A stretch of 64,000 nt of DNA from NCBI GenBank assembly GCA_964016885.1, contig OZ024748.1:42346001-42410000 (forward strand), written 5' to 3'. Positions within the stretch are counted from its first letter, which is position 1. Each line of letters opens with the position of its first letter. The notes below the pieces were generated by a model. The model saw only the letters and a list, made by a program, of their open reading frames with translations, was not told the origin of the DNA and did no database searches. The position numbers were made by a program, and so were the translations under genes. Source of the DNA: Eledone cirrhosa. Taxonomy: Eukaryota. Shown one piece after another: positions 12,801 through 25,862 of the stretch.

Positions 12801-13238
12801 AGATACTCTCATGGAATGACCATATGAGGATTTATTTTTCAATACATGAGGGCTAGATGATAACTTGATAGGCTGACCAAGATACTCTCATGGAATGACC
12901 ATATGAGGGTTTATTTTTCAATACATGAGGGTTGGATGATAACTTGATAGACTGACCAAGATACTCTCATGGAATGACCATATGAGGATTTATTTTTCAA
13001 TACATGAGGGCTAGATGATAACTTGATAGGCTGACCAAGATACTCTCATGGAATGACCATATGAGGGTTTATTTTTCAATACATGAGGGTTGGATGATAA
13101 CTTGATAGACTGACCAAGATACTCTCATGGAATGACCATATGAGGATTTATTTTTCAATACATGAGGGCTAGATGATAACTTGATAGGCTGACCAAGATA
13201 CTCTCATGGAATGACCATATGAGGATTTATTTTCCAAT
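9819..13238 (+). repeat. 79-bp satellite (~43 units) derived from a mariner-like terminus
   Basis: Unit tacatgagggctagatgataacttgatagactgaccaagatactctcatggaatgaccatatgagggtttatttttcaa; a monomer with a TA-CAAGGGTCGGGTGAAAAGT mariner-type end lies at 18053-18130. Confidence 0.9.
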
Positions 13239-13351
13239 ATAGCCCCCCCCCCCCTTGCGGTCCACACACTTCTTCCATCAATGTTGCAGTGCTTGGATCC
13301 CATTTGTGAAGGAGAGAGGGCTGGCGGGATGAAACTACTTAATTAATCTCT

Positions 13352-14560
13352 CCCTAGATAGGGTCAGTCTTTCTACTGTGTTCCTAGATAGGGTCAGTCT
13401 ATTTTACTGTGTCCCTAGGTAGGATCAGTCTATTCTACTGTGTCTCTAGGTAGGGTCAGTCTATTCTACTGTGTCCCTAGATAGGATCAGTCTTTTTTAC
13501 TGTGTCTCTAGGTAGGGTCAGTCTATTTTATTGTGTCCCTAGATAGGGTCATTCTATTTTACTGTGTCTCTAGGTAGGGTCTGTCTATTTTATTGTATCC
13601 CTTGATAGGGCCAGTCTATTCTACTGTCACCCTAGATAGGGCCAGTCTATTCTACTGTGTCCCTAGGTAGGGTCAGTCTATTCTACTGTGTCTCTAGGTA
13701 GGGTCAGTCTATTCTACTGTGTCTCTAGATAGGGTCAGTCTATTCTACTGTGTCTTTAGGTAGGGTCAGTCTATTCTACTGTGTCCCTAGGTAGGGTCAG
13801 TCTATTCTACTGTGTCTCTAGTTAGGGTCAGTCTATTTTATTGTGTCCCTAGATAGGGCCAGTCTATTCTACTGTGTCCCTAGGTAGGGTCAGTCTATTC
13901 TACTGTGTCTCTAGGTAGGGTCAGTCTATTCTACTGTGTCTCTAGATAGGGTCAGTCTATTCTACTGTGTCTTTAGTTAGGGTCAGTCTATTCTACTGTG
14001 TCCCTAGGTAGGGTCAGTCTATTCTACTATGTCTCTAGTTAGGGTCATTCTATTTTACTGTGTCTCTAGGTAGGGTCAGTCTATTCTACTGTGTCCCTAG
14101 GTAGGGTCAGTCTATTCTACTGTGTCTCTAGTTAGGGTCAGTCTATTCTACTGTCACCCTAGATAGGGTCAGTCTATTCTACTGTGTCCCTTGGTAGGGT
14201 CAGTCTATTTTACTGTGTCTCTAGGCAAGGTCAGTTTATTCTACTGTGTCTCTAGATAGGGTCAGTCTATTCTACTGTGTCTCTAGGTAAGGTCAGTCTA
14301 TTCTACCGTGTCTCTAGGTAGGGTCAGTGTATTCTACTGTGTCCCTAGGTAGGGTCAGTCTATTCTACTGTGTCACTAGTTAGGGTCAGTCTATTCTACT
14401 GTGTCTCTAGTTAGTGTCAGTCTATTCTACTGTCACCCTAGTTAGGGTCAGTCTATTTTACTGTGTCTCTAGTTAGGGTCAGTCAGTCTATTCTACTGTG
14501 TCTCTAGTTAGGGTCAGTCTATTCTACTGTGTCTCTAGGTAAGGTCAGTCTATTCTACTG
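13352..14560. repeat. 31-bp minisatellite
   Basis: Repeated ctactgtgtccctaggtagggtcagtctatt. Confidence 0.95.
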
Positions 14561-14663
14561 ATATATTGGGTTCGATTTCTTTACTGCATCTTTTTCCTTT
14601 GTAAAACAATATATTTTGGAAAGAAATTAATTTAAGAAATTTATTTTAGGTTAAGATTTCCAT

Positions 14664-14942
14664 GGTGTTTAGTAGGGGTTATAGATGTGATAGGGAGGTG
14701 TTTAGTAGGGTTTATAGATGTAATAGGGAGGTGTTTAGTAGGGGTTATAGATGTGATAGGGAGGTGTTTAGTAGGGGTTATAGATGTAATAGGGAGGTGT
14801 TAGTAGGGATTATAGATGTAATAGGGAGGTGTTTAGTAGGGGTTATAGATGTGATAGGGAGGTGTTTAGTAGGGTTTATAGATGTAATAGGGAGGTGTTT
14901 AGTAGGGGTTATAGATGTAATAGGGAGGTGTTTAGTAGGGTT
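14664..14942. repeat. 33-bp minisatellite
   Basis: Repeated ggtgtttagtaggggttatagatgtgataggga, ending ~15 bp from the TRPM donor site. Confidence 0.93.
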
Positions 14943-14959
14943 AATGGCTGTCTACTTAC

Positions 14960-15036
14960 GTATCATTATATTTTACGACAAATGTTTTACATTTTCTCAT
15001 TTTGATGTTTTCCTTTATCCATTTTGTTTTTTCTGC
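14960..15036 (-). CDS. TRPM2-like channel exon (N-terminal)
   Basis: ttttccag acceptor and gtaagt donor; 77 nt, phase 0 to 2; AEKTKWIKENIKMRKCKTFVVKYND(T), matching TRPM WIxENIKxxxCxxFV; joins the next exon in frame. Confidence 0.9.
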
Positions 15037-15175
15037 CTGGAAAATAAAAGGAATAACAATAAAAATTTGAAGGAATGATGGAGTTAGAACTTCCAGTTTC
15101 TCATATTAATATAGTCACATAGAGATTCAGCTATAAGGGCCATGTCCTCAACACAGAAGGTCTCAATGTAGCTGC

Positions 15176-15992
15176 AAAGAAGTCTTGTTTGTATAACAAC
15201 AAAAAACACCCAGTACACTCTGTAAAGAAATCTTGTTTGTATAACAACAAAAAACACCCAGTACACTCTGTAAAGAAGTCTTGTTTGTATAACAACAAAA
15301 AACACCCAGTACACTCTGTAAAGAAGTCTTGTTTGTATAACAACAAAAACACCCAGTACACTCTGTAAAGAAGTCTTGTTTGTATAACAACAAAAAACAC
15401 CCAGTACACTCTGTAAAGGAGTCTTGTTTGTATAACAACAAAAAACACCCAGTACACTCTGTAAAGAAGTCTTGTTTGTATAACAACAAAAAACACCCAA
15501 TACACTCTGTAAAGAAATCTTGTTTGTATAACAACAAAAAACACCCAGTACACTCTGTAAAGAAGTCTTGTTTGTATAACAACAAAAAACACCCAGTACA
15601 CTCTGTAAAGAAGTCTTGTTTGTATAACAATAAAAAACACCCAGCACCCTCTGTAAAGAAGTCTTGTTTGTATAACAACAAAAAACACCCAGTACACTCT
15701 GTAAAGAAGTCTTGTTTGTATAACAACAAAAAACACCCAGTACACTCTGTAAAGAAGTCTTGTTTGTATAACAACAAAAAACACCCAGTACACTCTGTAA
15801 AGAAGTCTTGTTTGTATAACAATAAAAAACACCCAGTACACTCTGTAAAGAAGTCTTGTTTGAATAACAACAAAAAACACCCAGTACACTCTGTAAAGAA
15901 GTCTTGTTTGTATAACAACAAAAAACACCCAGTACACTCTGTAAAGAAGTCTTGTTTGTATAACAACAAAAAACACCCAGTACACTCTGTAA
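15176..15992 (+). repeat. 48-bp minisatellite related to the RTE 3'UTR
   Basis: Unit aaagaagtcttgtttgtataacaacaaaaaacacccagtacactctgt, running into aaatgtggtt as in the RTE 3'UTR. Confidence 0.9.
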
Positions 15993-16099
15993 ATGTGGTT
16001 TGTGTTCCCTTTTGTGAGGTGAAGTGAAGTTATATATATATATTGGTTTTTAATTTAGGCAGAAGGCCAACAATTTTATATTTTTGACTATATACTTGC

Positions 16100-16283
16100 T
16101 TCTACTTTTGGCACAAGGCCAGCAATTACCTCAGTGCATTACTGGTACTTTATTTTATCGACCCCGTAAGGATGAAAGGCAAAGTGAACTTCGGAGGGAT
16201 TTGAACTCAGACTATAAAGGGGCGTAACTCTATGCTGCAAAGCATGGCGTCCGACCTTCTACCGATATAGCCAATCCCCCGCA
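16100..16283 (-). mobile_element. tRNA-derived SINE family A
   Basis: Reverse complement of the 33558-33743 SINE; B box gagttcaaatcc. Confidence 0.85.
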
Positions 16284-16444
16284 TTATTTACTATATAATA
16301 TAGTCTACTATATTATATAGTCTAGCTAGCATGGAACATGGATATTACATGATGTTGAATGGGGCATTAAAACCCACTGAACAGTAAAAACCATTCATTT
16401 TTATGAGAGACAGCTTAGCAGAGGGTACATACATGCTATATGTA

Positions 16445-16778
16445 GTCTGTCTGTCTCATGAGAGTACAAGACTCCCCCTGGACAGGACACCAGTCCACCA
16501 CAGTGTTAAAGTCTGCCTCAAGCCAGGAGGTACATCAGGCTGGTGCTTATCCTGGTTTCTGTGGCATGAAGCGACTGAGAGTACAAGACTCCCCCTTCAC
16601 AGGACAGCAGTCCATTACAGGGTTAAACTCTCCTAGCTATTGCTGGTACACATTTTCAGCTGAGTATACCGGAGCAACATGAAATGAAGTGTTTTGCTTA
16701 AGAACACAACACAACCCGGGAATCGAACCCACATCATTATGATCGTAAATCCCTAAACACTCGGCCACTCGCTTCCCC
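16445..16778 (-). mobile_element. tRNA-derived SINE family B
   Basis: Similar to 25863-26140; B box ggttcgattcc on the minus strand. Confidence 0.7.
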
Positions 16779-16969
16779 CAGATATGTACCTGAGTTGAAT
16801 TATATCAGAGTAGTTTTGAAAATGTTTCATGCTCTAGTTTGTTTCAGGTGTCACCTCATAATACTTTGAAAGCTTTGTCTTATTCACTAAAGCTGACCTT
16901 GTTCTAAACAAAAAAGAAAAAATACCTGACAAAGACACCACTACTTAAAAGAATGTATGACATATAATG

Positions 16970-17014
<45 letters not shown>

Positions 17015-17200
17015 TCCTGTCGAGGTTAACTTTGCCTTTCATCCTTACGGAGTCGATAAAATAATGTACCAGTAATACACTGGCTATTTGCTGGCCTTGT
17101 GCCAAAAGTAGAAACAATTATATATATACACCATTATATGTATATATATATATATATATAAAATAAAGTACCAGTAATGCACTGGGTAATTGCTGGCCTT

Positions 17201-17758
17201 GTATTGAAAAATAAACCCTCATATGGTCATTCCATGAGAGTATCTTGGTCAGTCTATCAAGTTATCATCCAGCCCTCATGTATTGAAAAATAAACCCTCA
17301 TATGGTCATTCCATGAGAGTATCTTGGTCAGCCTATCAAGTTATCATCCAGCTCTCATGTATTGAAAAATAAACCCTCATATGGTCATTCCATGAGAGTA
17401 TCTTGGTCAGCCTATCAAGTTATCCAGCTCTCATGTATTGAAAAATAAACCCTCATATGGTCATTCCATGAGAGTATCTTGGTCAGCCTATCAAGTTATC
17501 ATCCAGCTCTCATGTATTGAAAAATAAACCCTCATATGGTCATTCCATGAGAGTATCTTGGTCAGCTTATCAAGTTATCATCCAGCTCTCATGTATTGAA
17601 AAATAAACCCTCATATGGTCATTCCATGAGAGTATCTTGGTCAGCCTATCAAGTTATCATCCAGCTCTCATGTATTGAAAAATAAACCCTCATATGGTCA
17701 TTCCATGAGAGTGTCTTGGTCAGCCTATCAAGTTAGCATTTCAACCGACCCCTGTGTA
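17201..17758 (-). repeat. Inverted array (~7 units) of the 79-bp satellite ending in a mariner-like terminus
   Basis: Reverse complement of the 9819-13238 unit; ends ...caaccgacccctgtgta. Confidence 0.9.
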
Positions 17759-17874
17759 ATGTTTTGTTGTGTATTGTTTCTTTCCAGTGTGTGTTTGTGA
17801 CAGCTCACACCTATGCAGGTTTAACTGGCCTCTTCCAAGGTATATCTCATTGGAGGTGTCTTGGGTGATTTAAT

Positions 17875-18042
17875 GATAGGGACCCCAGTCCTATCATCTC
17901 ATTTCTACAGCTGAGTAAACTGGAGCAACATGAAATAAAGTGTCTTGCTCAAGGAAACAACACATCACTTGGTCCGAGAATTGAACTCACAACCTTTCGA
18001 TTGCAAGCGCAATGCTCTAACCACTAAGCCATGCGCCTTCAC
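17875..18042 (-). mobile_element. tRNA-derived SINE (family B-related)
   Basis: Minus strand gaaggcgcatggcttagtggttagagc (A box) ... gagttcaattc (B box) ... ccttgagcaagacactttatttc. Confidence 0.75.
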
Positions 18043-18335
18043 AGGGACTAGATTGAAAAATAAACCTCATTTGGTCATTCCATGAGAGTATCTTGGTCAT
18101 GCCATCAACTTTTCACCCGACCCTTGTATAAGCAGTGGTTTCTATCTTCAATAGATTATATTTAAGAAAGTCCAAAATCGAATCTATTAATAGATGAAGC
18201 TCACAACACTTCAAGTAGCTCCTATAATTATAATTAAACTTTAACGACCAATAAGTCAACTGAGGACAACTGACAGAGGGAACTGTTTCTCTCTCTATAA
18301 TTATGTCAGGAGAAGCTTGAATGAATTGAAAAGAG

Positions 18336-18369
<34 letters not shown>

Positions 18370-18639
18370 AATAGAGTTATCATCATCATCATCATCATCA
18401 TCATAATTGAGTTATCATCATCATCATCATCATCATCATCATTATCATCATAAGTTCACTTTTTCATGCTGGCATGGGTCGGATAGAACTTTTTGAGGCA
18501 ATGTTAACAACACTGATGATGTTAATAATCTATATAATAATAAGACCGCTGCCTACCCACCTGTCCATACTACATTACACAATGTTACATCATATTACAT
18601 ATTGTTACATCACATTACACAATGTTATATTACACTATA

Positions 18640-21257
18640 TTCATCATCATCATCATCATCATCATCGTTTAACGTCCCTGTTCCACGCTTGCATGGGTTT
18701 GGACGGGGGTTTTCCCACTTGAGGCAAGAGTGGTTGTCTTGCTCGCATAGGACTGTTTGGTGGGTTTTCTACAGCTGGATGCCCTTCCTAACACCAACCA
18801 CATTTACAGTGTGGGGCTGGGAGGTTTTTACCGTGTTGCCTACACGGCCACATTACAGCGTGGACTGTGTGTTTTTTGTCGTGACACCTACACGATCTCA
18901 TTTGTTTCGGCCTGAATGTTGTGGCACCAACATAACTTTGCATTGAAGGGGGCGGTGTGGATGGGGTGGGATGGGGGTGTATTTTGTTAGAGATGCCTAC
19001 TGACTAGTAGGTTTTACTTTGTATTTAGGTAAGGCGGGTCTTCTCTGTTACTGAGTACCGCCAAAGGTCTCGGTCCAGTGACATTGTCTTGGAGAGGTGT
19101 AAGTGTGTGAGGTCAGAATTTATCAGCTCGTCCCAGGTTTTCCTGGGTCTGCCTACTCCGTGGCTACCATCTATCTTTATTGCCCTGCACTTTGTTATAC
19201 AGCTGTCGTCTTTCATGCACATCACGTGACCATACCAACGTAGCCTTCTCTCGAGTAAACAACATCTGATCCCTCTTATTTCTAATTTTTTCCTTAGTTC
19301 GTTTATGCTTTGCCGTTCACGTATATTACTATTACACATCCAGCGGAGCATGCAAGCTTCGTTCCTCTCTAGTCTGCGTATATCCTCTGCACACAATGCC
19401 CAGGTCTCACTGCCATGCAACATTGCTGTTCGTATGCAGGCATCATACAACCTGCCTTTCATTTTTAGGGAGAACCCTTTAGCGGCTAATAGTGGTATAA
19501 GCTCTCTGAACTTTTTCCATCCAGTTCTGACTCTAGCTACTGTACTTTCAGAGCACCCTCCCCCACTGCTGATTTTGTCACCCAGGTAACAGAAACTGTC
19601 CACTATTTCTATAGAACCCTCTGCGCAATTGAAAGAGCTAGTATTTTGTGGGCACTTGCTGCTACTTATTGCACCAGAGCACCGGCCACATCCAAAATCT
19701 ATGTTCTTAGTTAGCTTACCTGTGATCCCACTACATCTTTTATGCACCCATACTTTGCATTTGGGACATAAAATGCAGTTTCTACCTACGCCTTTCCTAC
19801 ACACTGAGCATGGCCATTTCCCGGAGGGGAGTGGCGCCTTATTTTCTTTCCTACAAACTAGAACTTTAGTTTTAGCCAGATTAATTTTAAGGCCTTTTGA
19901 TTCTAGGCCGTGCTTCCATGTTTGGAATTTCTTCTCTAGCTCGGCCATTGATTCAGCTATGAGCGTTAGATCATCTGCGTATAGGAGTTCCCATGGGCAG
20001 CCGGTCTTGAACTCCTCTGTTATAGCCTGAAGGGCAATAATAAATAGTAGGGGACTAAGAACAGAGCCCTGATGGACACCAACTTTTACGCTAAACTCTT
20101 CACTATATTCGTTGTTAATTCTAACCTTGCTGACTGTTTCTTTATACATGGCTTGTATGGCTCTCACAAGCCATTCGTCAACACCTAGTTTTCTAAGAGC
20201 CCACCAGATAATGGAACGGGGGACTCTGTCGAAGGCTTTCTCCAAGTCGACAAAAGCTAAGTATAGGGGTTTAATTCTAGCTAGGTACTTCTCCTGTAGT
20301 TGTCGTACAATGAAAAGAGCGTCTGTGGTACTTTTGCCTGACACAAACCCGAACTGCATTTCATCTAGGTCAATTCTCTCTCTGATTAGTTGCGCTATTA
20401 CTTTTTCCGTAACCTTCATGACCTGGTCAATTAATTTAATGCCTCTATAGTTACTCCTATCTAGGGCGTCTCCTTTACCCTTGTAACAGTTAACGATGAT
20501 GCTGCTACGCCAGTCCTTCGGAACAACCCCATTCTGTATGACTTGGTTTACTATCCGGGTGACCATGGTGTGTCCCACCGTACCGGAGGCTTTCAGCATT
20601 TCAGCAACTATTTCCGAAGGCCCAGCCGCCTTACCCGTCTTCATATCTTTGATTGCCTTACTTATTATACTACCTTCGACTAACACTGCTGGTCCCTCTA
20701 TTGGGTCGATGTGGGGGAGACTGTCTTTCTCCCATATATTCTCCTCATTTAGTAGCCTTTCGTAGTGACACTTCCAAGCTACCTTCTTATCAGCGTCAGT
20801 GATGGCAAGTACGCCATCATCGTTAAGGACACACTTCTCCCCGACAATATCACGGTTTTCCTTGACACATTGCCTAGCAATCCTGAACACCTCACGTTTT
20901 TGGTCCTCACGTTGTAGAACATGCTTGAACTTTCTTTCCTCTGCTTCCCTTCTTGCGAAGTACACTTGTCTCCTAGCTTCCCTCCTGGCCACTTGATAGT
21001 CTTCTCTACTTCCCCCATCCCGCCATGCTTTCCAAGCCTGCTTTTTGGCCTTGATTGACGCCTCCACCTTACTGTTCCACCACCATGTTACTCTCCTCCT
21101 GCCTACAGGCCTGCTCCAGCCACAGACTTCGTCTGCCGCCATCAGCAGGTTTGCTTTCAGGAATTCCCACTGTTCCTCTACCTTGTACGACTCTAATTTC
21201 TCTTCCTTACTGTCGAAAGCATCAAGTAATATGCTTTGAAATTTATTTCTGGCTGTG
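18640..21257 (-). mobile_element. RTE-clade LINE, 5'-truncated, open frame 19025-21142
   Basis: 705-aa uninterrupted RT-PHD frame without endonuclease; 3'UTR and (GAT)n tail. Confidence 0.96.
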
Positions 21258-21278
21258 TTATTATGTTATATTATATTA

Positions 21279-21861
21279 CTCGCAGTGGTACCCGGCGTTG
21301 CACGGGATAAGGTATTTTGGAACGCGGGCCGCCAACAGACCTAATCGTGGAAAAACTGCATGCCTGGACAATATGTAAAGAAAATAAACCAAAGATTTTA
21401 CTCGATGAAGCAGGAAAAATGCAGGTTTTCACCTAATCCGGACCCTAGGGGATCAAGAAAAGGAATTTTTTTTATGTGCATAATATGCCTTGAAATTTCA
21501 GGAAAATCGTCTCAAAAAAGCCCTAAAAAGCTGAAAAAATGAAGTTTTTCACCTAATGCGGGCCCTAGGCTATAAAAAAGTTGGATTTTCTTTGCTCATC
21601 GTATGAAGAAGAGACTGACTAATACATAGTTACAATTTCAAGGAAATCGGTCTGACGTAACGCCTCAAAACACCCCTAAAAAGCTGAAAAAACGCAGTTT
21701 TCACCTAATGCGGGCCCTAGGGGATCAAAAAGTTGAGTTTTTTATGTGCATAACACTCCCTCAAACATAAGTAATACACATGTAAAGTTTGAAAAACATC
21801 GGTTCGGTACTTCTTGAGTTTTAGGGATTCAAACTCACGCACGCACGCACGCACACACGCA

Positions 21862-21928
<67 letters not shown>

Positions 21929-21949
21929 CCTCAGTTTTATATATATAGA
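21279..21949 (-). mobile_element. Non-autonomous Helitron
   Basis: 5' TCTATATATATAAAAC followed by (GT)n; 3' hairpin cccgtgcaacgccggg then CGAG (variant of CTAG); internal direct repeats. Confidence 0.8.
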
Positions 21950-22261
21950 AATTACTTAGAAATAGCATACCCGAGTTGCCCAAAGTCAACTCAACCGAAG
22001 TACAACGAAAGGGCTTCACTCTGGGAGGACCACCTAACTGATCATGGTTAATCCCTGGCCATGGTTAACCCCAGGTAAGTATGATAGAGGGTATTACATT
22101 ATATAATTCCATACTAGCGTGGAAGAATGGACGTAAAAGGGTGACAATGATGATGATGATTGTTATATAATTAATATACGTGAAGAAGCTAGAAAATAGG
22201 GCAAAGACCCTTAATGACGGAAAAAGAAGCTGCCATATCTGCCGCTGTGTTATATATAATG

Positions 22262-22475
22262 GTTTTTTATATAGGCACAAGGCCAGCAATTTAGGGGGGC
22301 GAGGGAGGTCAATTAAATTGGCCCCAGTGCATGACTGGTACTTTATTTTATCGACCCCCGTAAGGATGAAAGGTAAAGTTAACTTCGGCGGGATTTGAAC
22401 TCAGACCGTAAAGGGCCGTAACTCTCTGCTGCAAAGCATGGCGTCCGACTCTCTATCAATACTGGCAATCCACCT
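22262..22475 (-). mobile_element. tRNA-derived SINE family A (duplicate at 32069-32282)
   Basis: Same body as 33558-33743. Confidence 0.85.
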
Positions 22476-22897
22476 ATAATGTAATACATTAGATAGAATA
22501 TAATGTTGAGAGTGATATAAGGCTAAACAGCACAACATGTAATATAGTCGATTAACTGTCACTTGGCTTGTGGTGTATGTGTGTGTGTATATGTGTGTGT
22601 GTATGTATGTGTGTATGTATGTGTGTATGTGTATGTGCGCGTTGGGGAGTGATTGTGTGTATGTGTGTGTGGGGGTTATTGTATGAATGTTTGTGGGGGT
22701 TTGTGTATGTGTGTGGGCTATTTGTGTTTTTGTCTCTATGTGTGTGTGTGTGTGTTGGAGATGATTGTGTGTGGGTTTTGTGTATGTGCATGTGAGGTGT
22801 GTGTGTGTGTGTGTATGTTCAGTCTGAAGGTTTGTTTATATTTCCAAAAGGAAACTTAAGATCCAATAAAAAAATATATATATATATACATATATAT

Positions 22898-23416
<519 letters not shown>

Positions 23417-23570
23417 TATATATATACATATATACATGTATCATCATTTTACGTCTGCTTTTCATATATATATATATATACATATAATATATCTATATAT
23501 ATATATATAAACATATATATATAAACATATATATATATATATATATAAACATATATATATATATATATAT

Positions 23571-23842
23571 AGAGTGAACCTCTTCAAATGAAGTTGATGT
23601 TTATTACGGTATGTCGAATATATTTATCTATAAAACTGTTTATATTGTATTTTGTCTGATGAAGGCATAGCATATTGTTAATATGATATCCCCGAAATAT
23701 ATATAATGAAATAAATATGGTTTTATAAATATAGTTTTCCATTTATTTAATATTGTAAATATACTCCAAGTATTTGTCGAGTGCTTTTATATCAGTTATA
23801 AATATTTACTAGTTGTAACCCAACAATTTTAAATATAACTTT
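23571..23842 (+). mobile_element. Solo pLTR with hammerhead (23648-23713), present only in duplicate copy 1
   Basis: tattttgt-CTGATGA-stem II-GAAA-tatata-TA-atgaaata; related to 4370-4560; the equivalent region 37205-37515 is pure microsatellite. Confidence 0.8.
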
Positions 23843-23947
23843 ACATATATATATATATATATAAACATATATATAAACATATATATATATATATATAAAC
23901 ATATATATATATATAAACATATATATATAAACATATATATATATATA

Positions 23948-24014
<67 letters not shown>

Positions 24015-24021
<7 letters not shown>

Positions 24022-24366
24022 TAAACGGAAAAGAAAATGCTGACAAATTGTTCACAGTGAAAAATAGTTTAATTAGCAATAAGTGAGAATTAGTAATAGT
24101 ACTGGTTAGTATTCAGTTTTGTTTTTAAGTTTTACCGGTTGCGGATTTCTAATGCTTTTCAAAAATAATTTTGAGATAGAGCGTCCGTGATGTTTGCAAA
24201 CATCACGGACGCTCTATCTCAAAACCAAAACTGAATACTAACCAGTACTATTACTAATTCTCACTTATTCCTAATTAAACTATTTTTCACTGTGAACAAT
24301 TTGTCAGCATTTTCTTTTCCGTTTACCAATATATCATAACTTGTGTGTTACACCTCTATTCTTTTA
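24015..24366. mobile_element. Palindromic pLTR pair, variant hammerhead in the left arm only (duplicate 37512-37865)
   Basis: Spacer-less palindrome centred on tttgcaaa (24193-24200); minus strand TTGAAAA-gcatt(aga)aat(g/c)c-GCAA-ccgg-TA at 24130-24165; motif deleted from the right arm. Confidence 0.7.
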
Positions 24367-24392
24367 AATATATATATAAACATATATATATA

Positions 24393-24435
<43 letters not shown>

Positions 24436-24560
24436 TTGTGTGTGTGAGTGTGTGTGTACATAAAATAAACAAATAAATAAAATAAATAAGATAAAATAAA
24501 ATAAAATTATGGAGAATAAAAGCAAAGATATAAAATGAAAGGATTTTGTAAATGTCTTAC

Positions 24561-24632
24561 TCTTTTTCTATGAGTGATGGTACTTCGACGGTAATATGAT
24601 TCCTGGATATTATTTGGGGTATATAACTCCAT
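24561..24632 (-). CDS. Probable start-codon exon of the TRPM2-like gene, copy 1
   Basis: ATG at 24632, MELYTPNNIQESYYRRSTITHRKR, then gtaaga donor at phase 0, compatible with the 15036 exon; possible acceptor (ctgtacag) just before 24813. No homology support for the peptide. Confidence 0.55.
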
Positions 24633-25235
24633 CAGGATGATAAAACTATCAAAATTAACACAAGCCAAAGGAACATGGAGCAACTTATGTAATGAAAGGT
24701 TGTTGAATTCTCTCCAATGCTTATAAACTAGTAAATATATCCCACTTTCCAATGTTTCAACTATGAACAGCTTGTGAATATATCCTGCTGAACGAGTTTG
24801 GGTGGAAGTATTTCTGTACAGAAATTTTAGTCAGACAAGCATGTAAATTTTTTTAATCCAATAGGAAATAAGAATTTATAATAATACAGTTTTAGTTCTA
24901 ATTAAGGATGCTAAATAATAATAGTAATTAGACACTTGATAATAAAATTGGTGGCTATTATTGTATTTAGAAGCCAAACACTTAATAAAACAATTTATAA
25001 GAATACTCAAAGAGTAAAATAGCAGGCTTGAGGAAGATCCATGAAAGCTACTTTGTAAATGTGTTAGATAGAAATAGTGCAATGTTATAGCTAGAGATAT
25101 ACATCCATAATGATGGATTCTTGTGTAAACTATTGATTTATATTTACAGACAACACACGATAACACACACTATATAGAAACTCTTAAAAAGCCTCACGAG
25201 AAAATAAATGGAGCCAGCTTGCTGTATGAATATGT

Positions 25236-25243
25236 TGACGTCA
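25236..25243. promoter_or_regulatory. Perfect CRE palindrome TGACGTCA (also 38735-38742)
   Basis: Lies in non-TE sequence ~600 bp upstream of the putative TRPM ATG; motif match only. Confidence 0.25.
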
Positions 25244-25402
25244 AAAATCGAAATCATTGTCTGTAAATAAGACAGTTGAAATATTATTTAAAATGGTCCA
25301 ATTATTTTATGTGTGTATATGTATGTGTGTGTATGTATCTATGTGTGTGTATGTATCTATGTGTGTGTTTGTGTATATGACATATGTATGTGTGTACGTA
25401 TA

Positions 25403-25640
25403 TCACCATCATCATCATCATCATCATCATCATCACTGTTTTTACGTCTGTTCTTCCACACTAGCATGGGTTAGACGGGTTGTCCTGTTATGGGCAGTGT
25501 CTGGCTGACTTTGTCTTGCTCATATGAGAACTGATTCTGGCTTGATTTCTACAGCTGGATGCACTTCCTAACACCAACCTCATTTACAGTGAGTGCTGGG
25601 TGCTTTTTTTCCGTGGCGCCTACACGTCAACTTTGCAGTG
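25403..25640 (-). mobile_element. RTE 3'UTR-only insertion (duplicate 38880-39118)
   Basis: Matches 265-460; (GAT)n tail. Confidence 0.85.
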
Positions 25641-25862
25641 GAATGATATGGACCCCAGTCATTTCTACAGCTGAGTAAAATGGAGCAATGTGAAATAAAG
25701 TGTCTTGCTCAAGGAAACAACACGGCCAATGCTCTAACCACTAAACCATGTGCCCCCATATATATATATACACGCACATACACATATGAGTGTGTATGTG
25801 TGTGTGTGTGTTTGTGTATATGATATATGTATGTCTATATATATATATATATACACACACAC

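Noticed and set aside
9819-13238. CRISPR-like regular array
   Set aside because: Head-to-tail near-identical units with no unique spacers; eukaryotic context; no cas genes. The same applies to 41818-43159.
15084-16027. Repetitive 190-280-aa ORFs (also 5451-6042, 26561-27112, 41813-43155)
   Set aside because: Open in several frames only because the minisatellite units lack stops.
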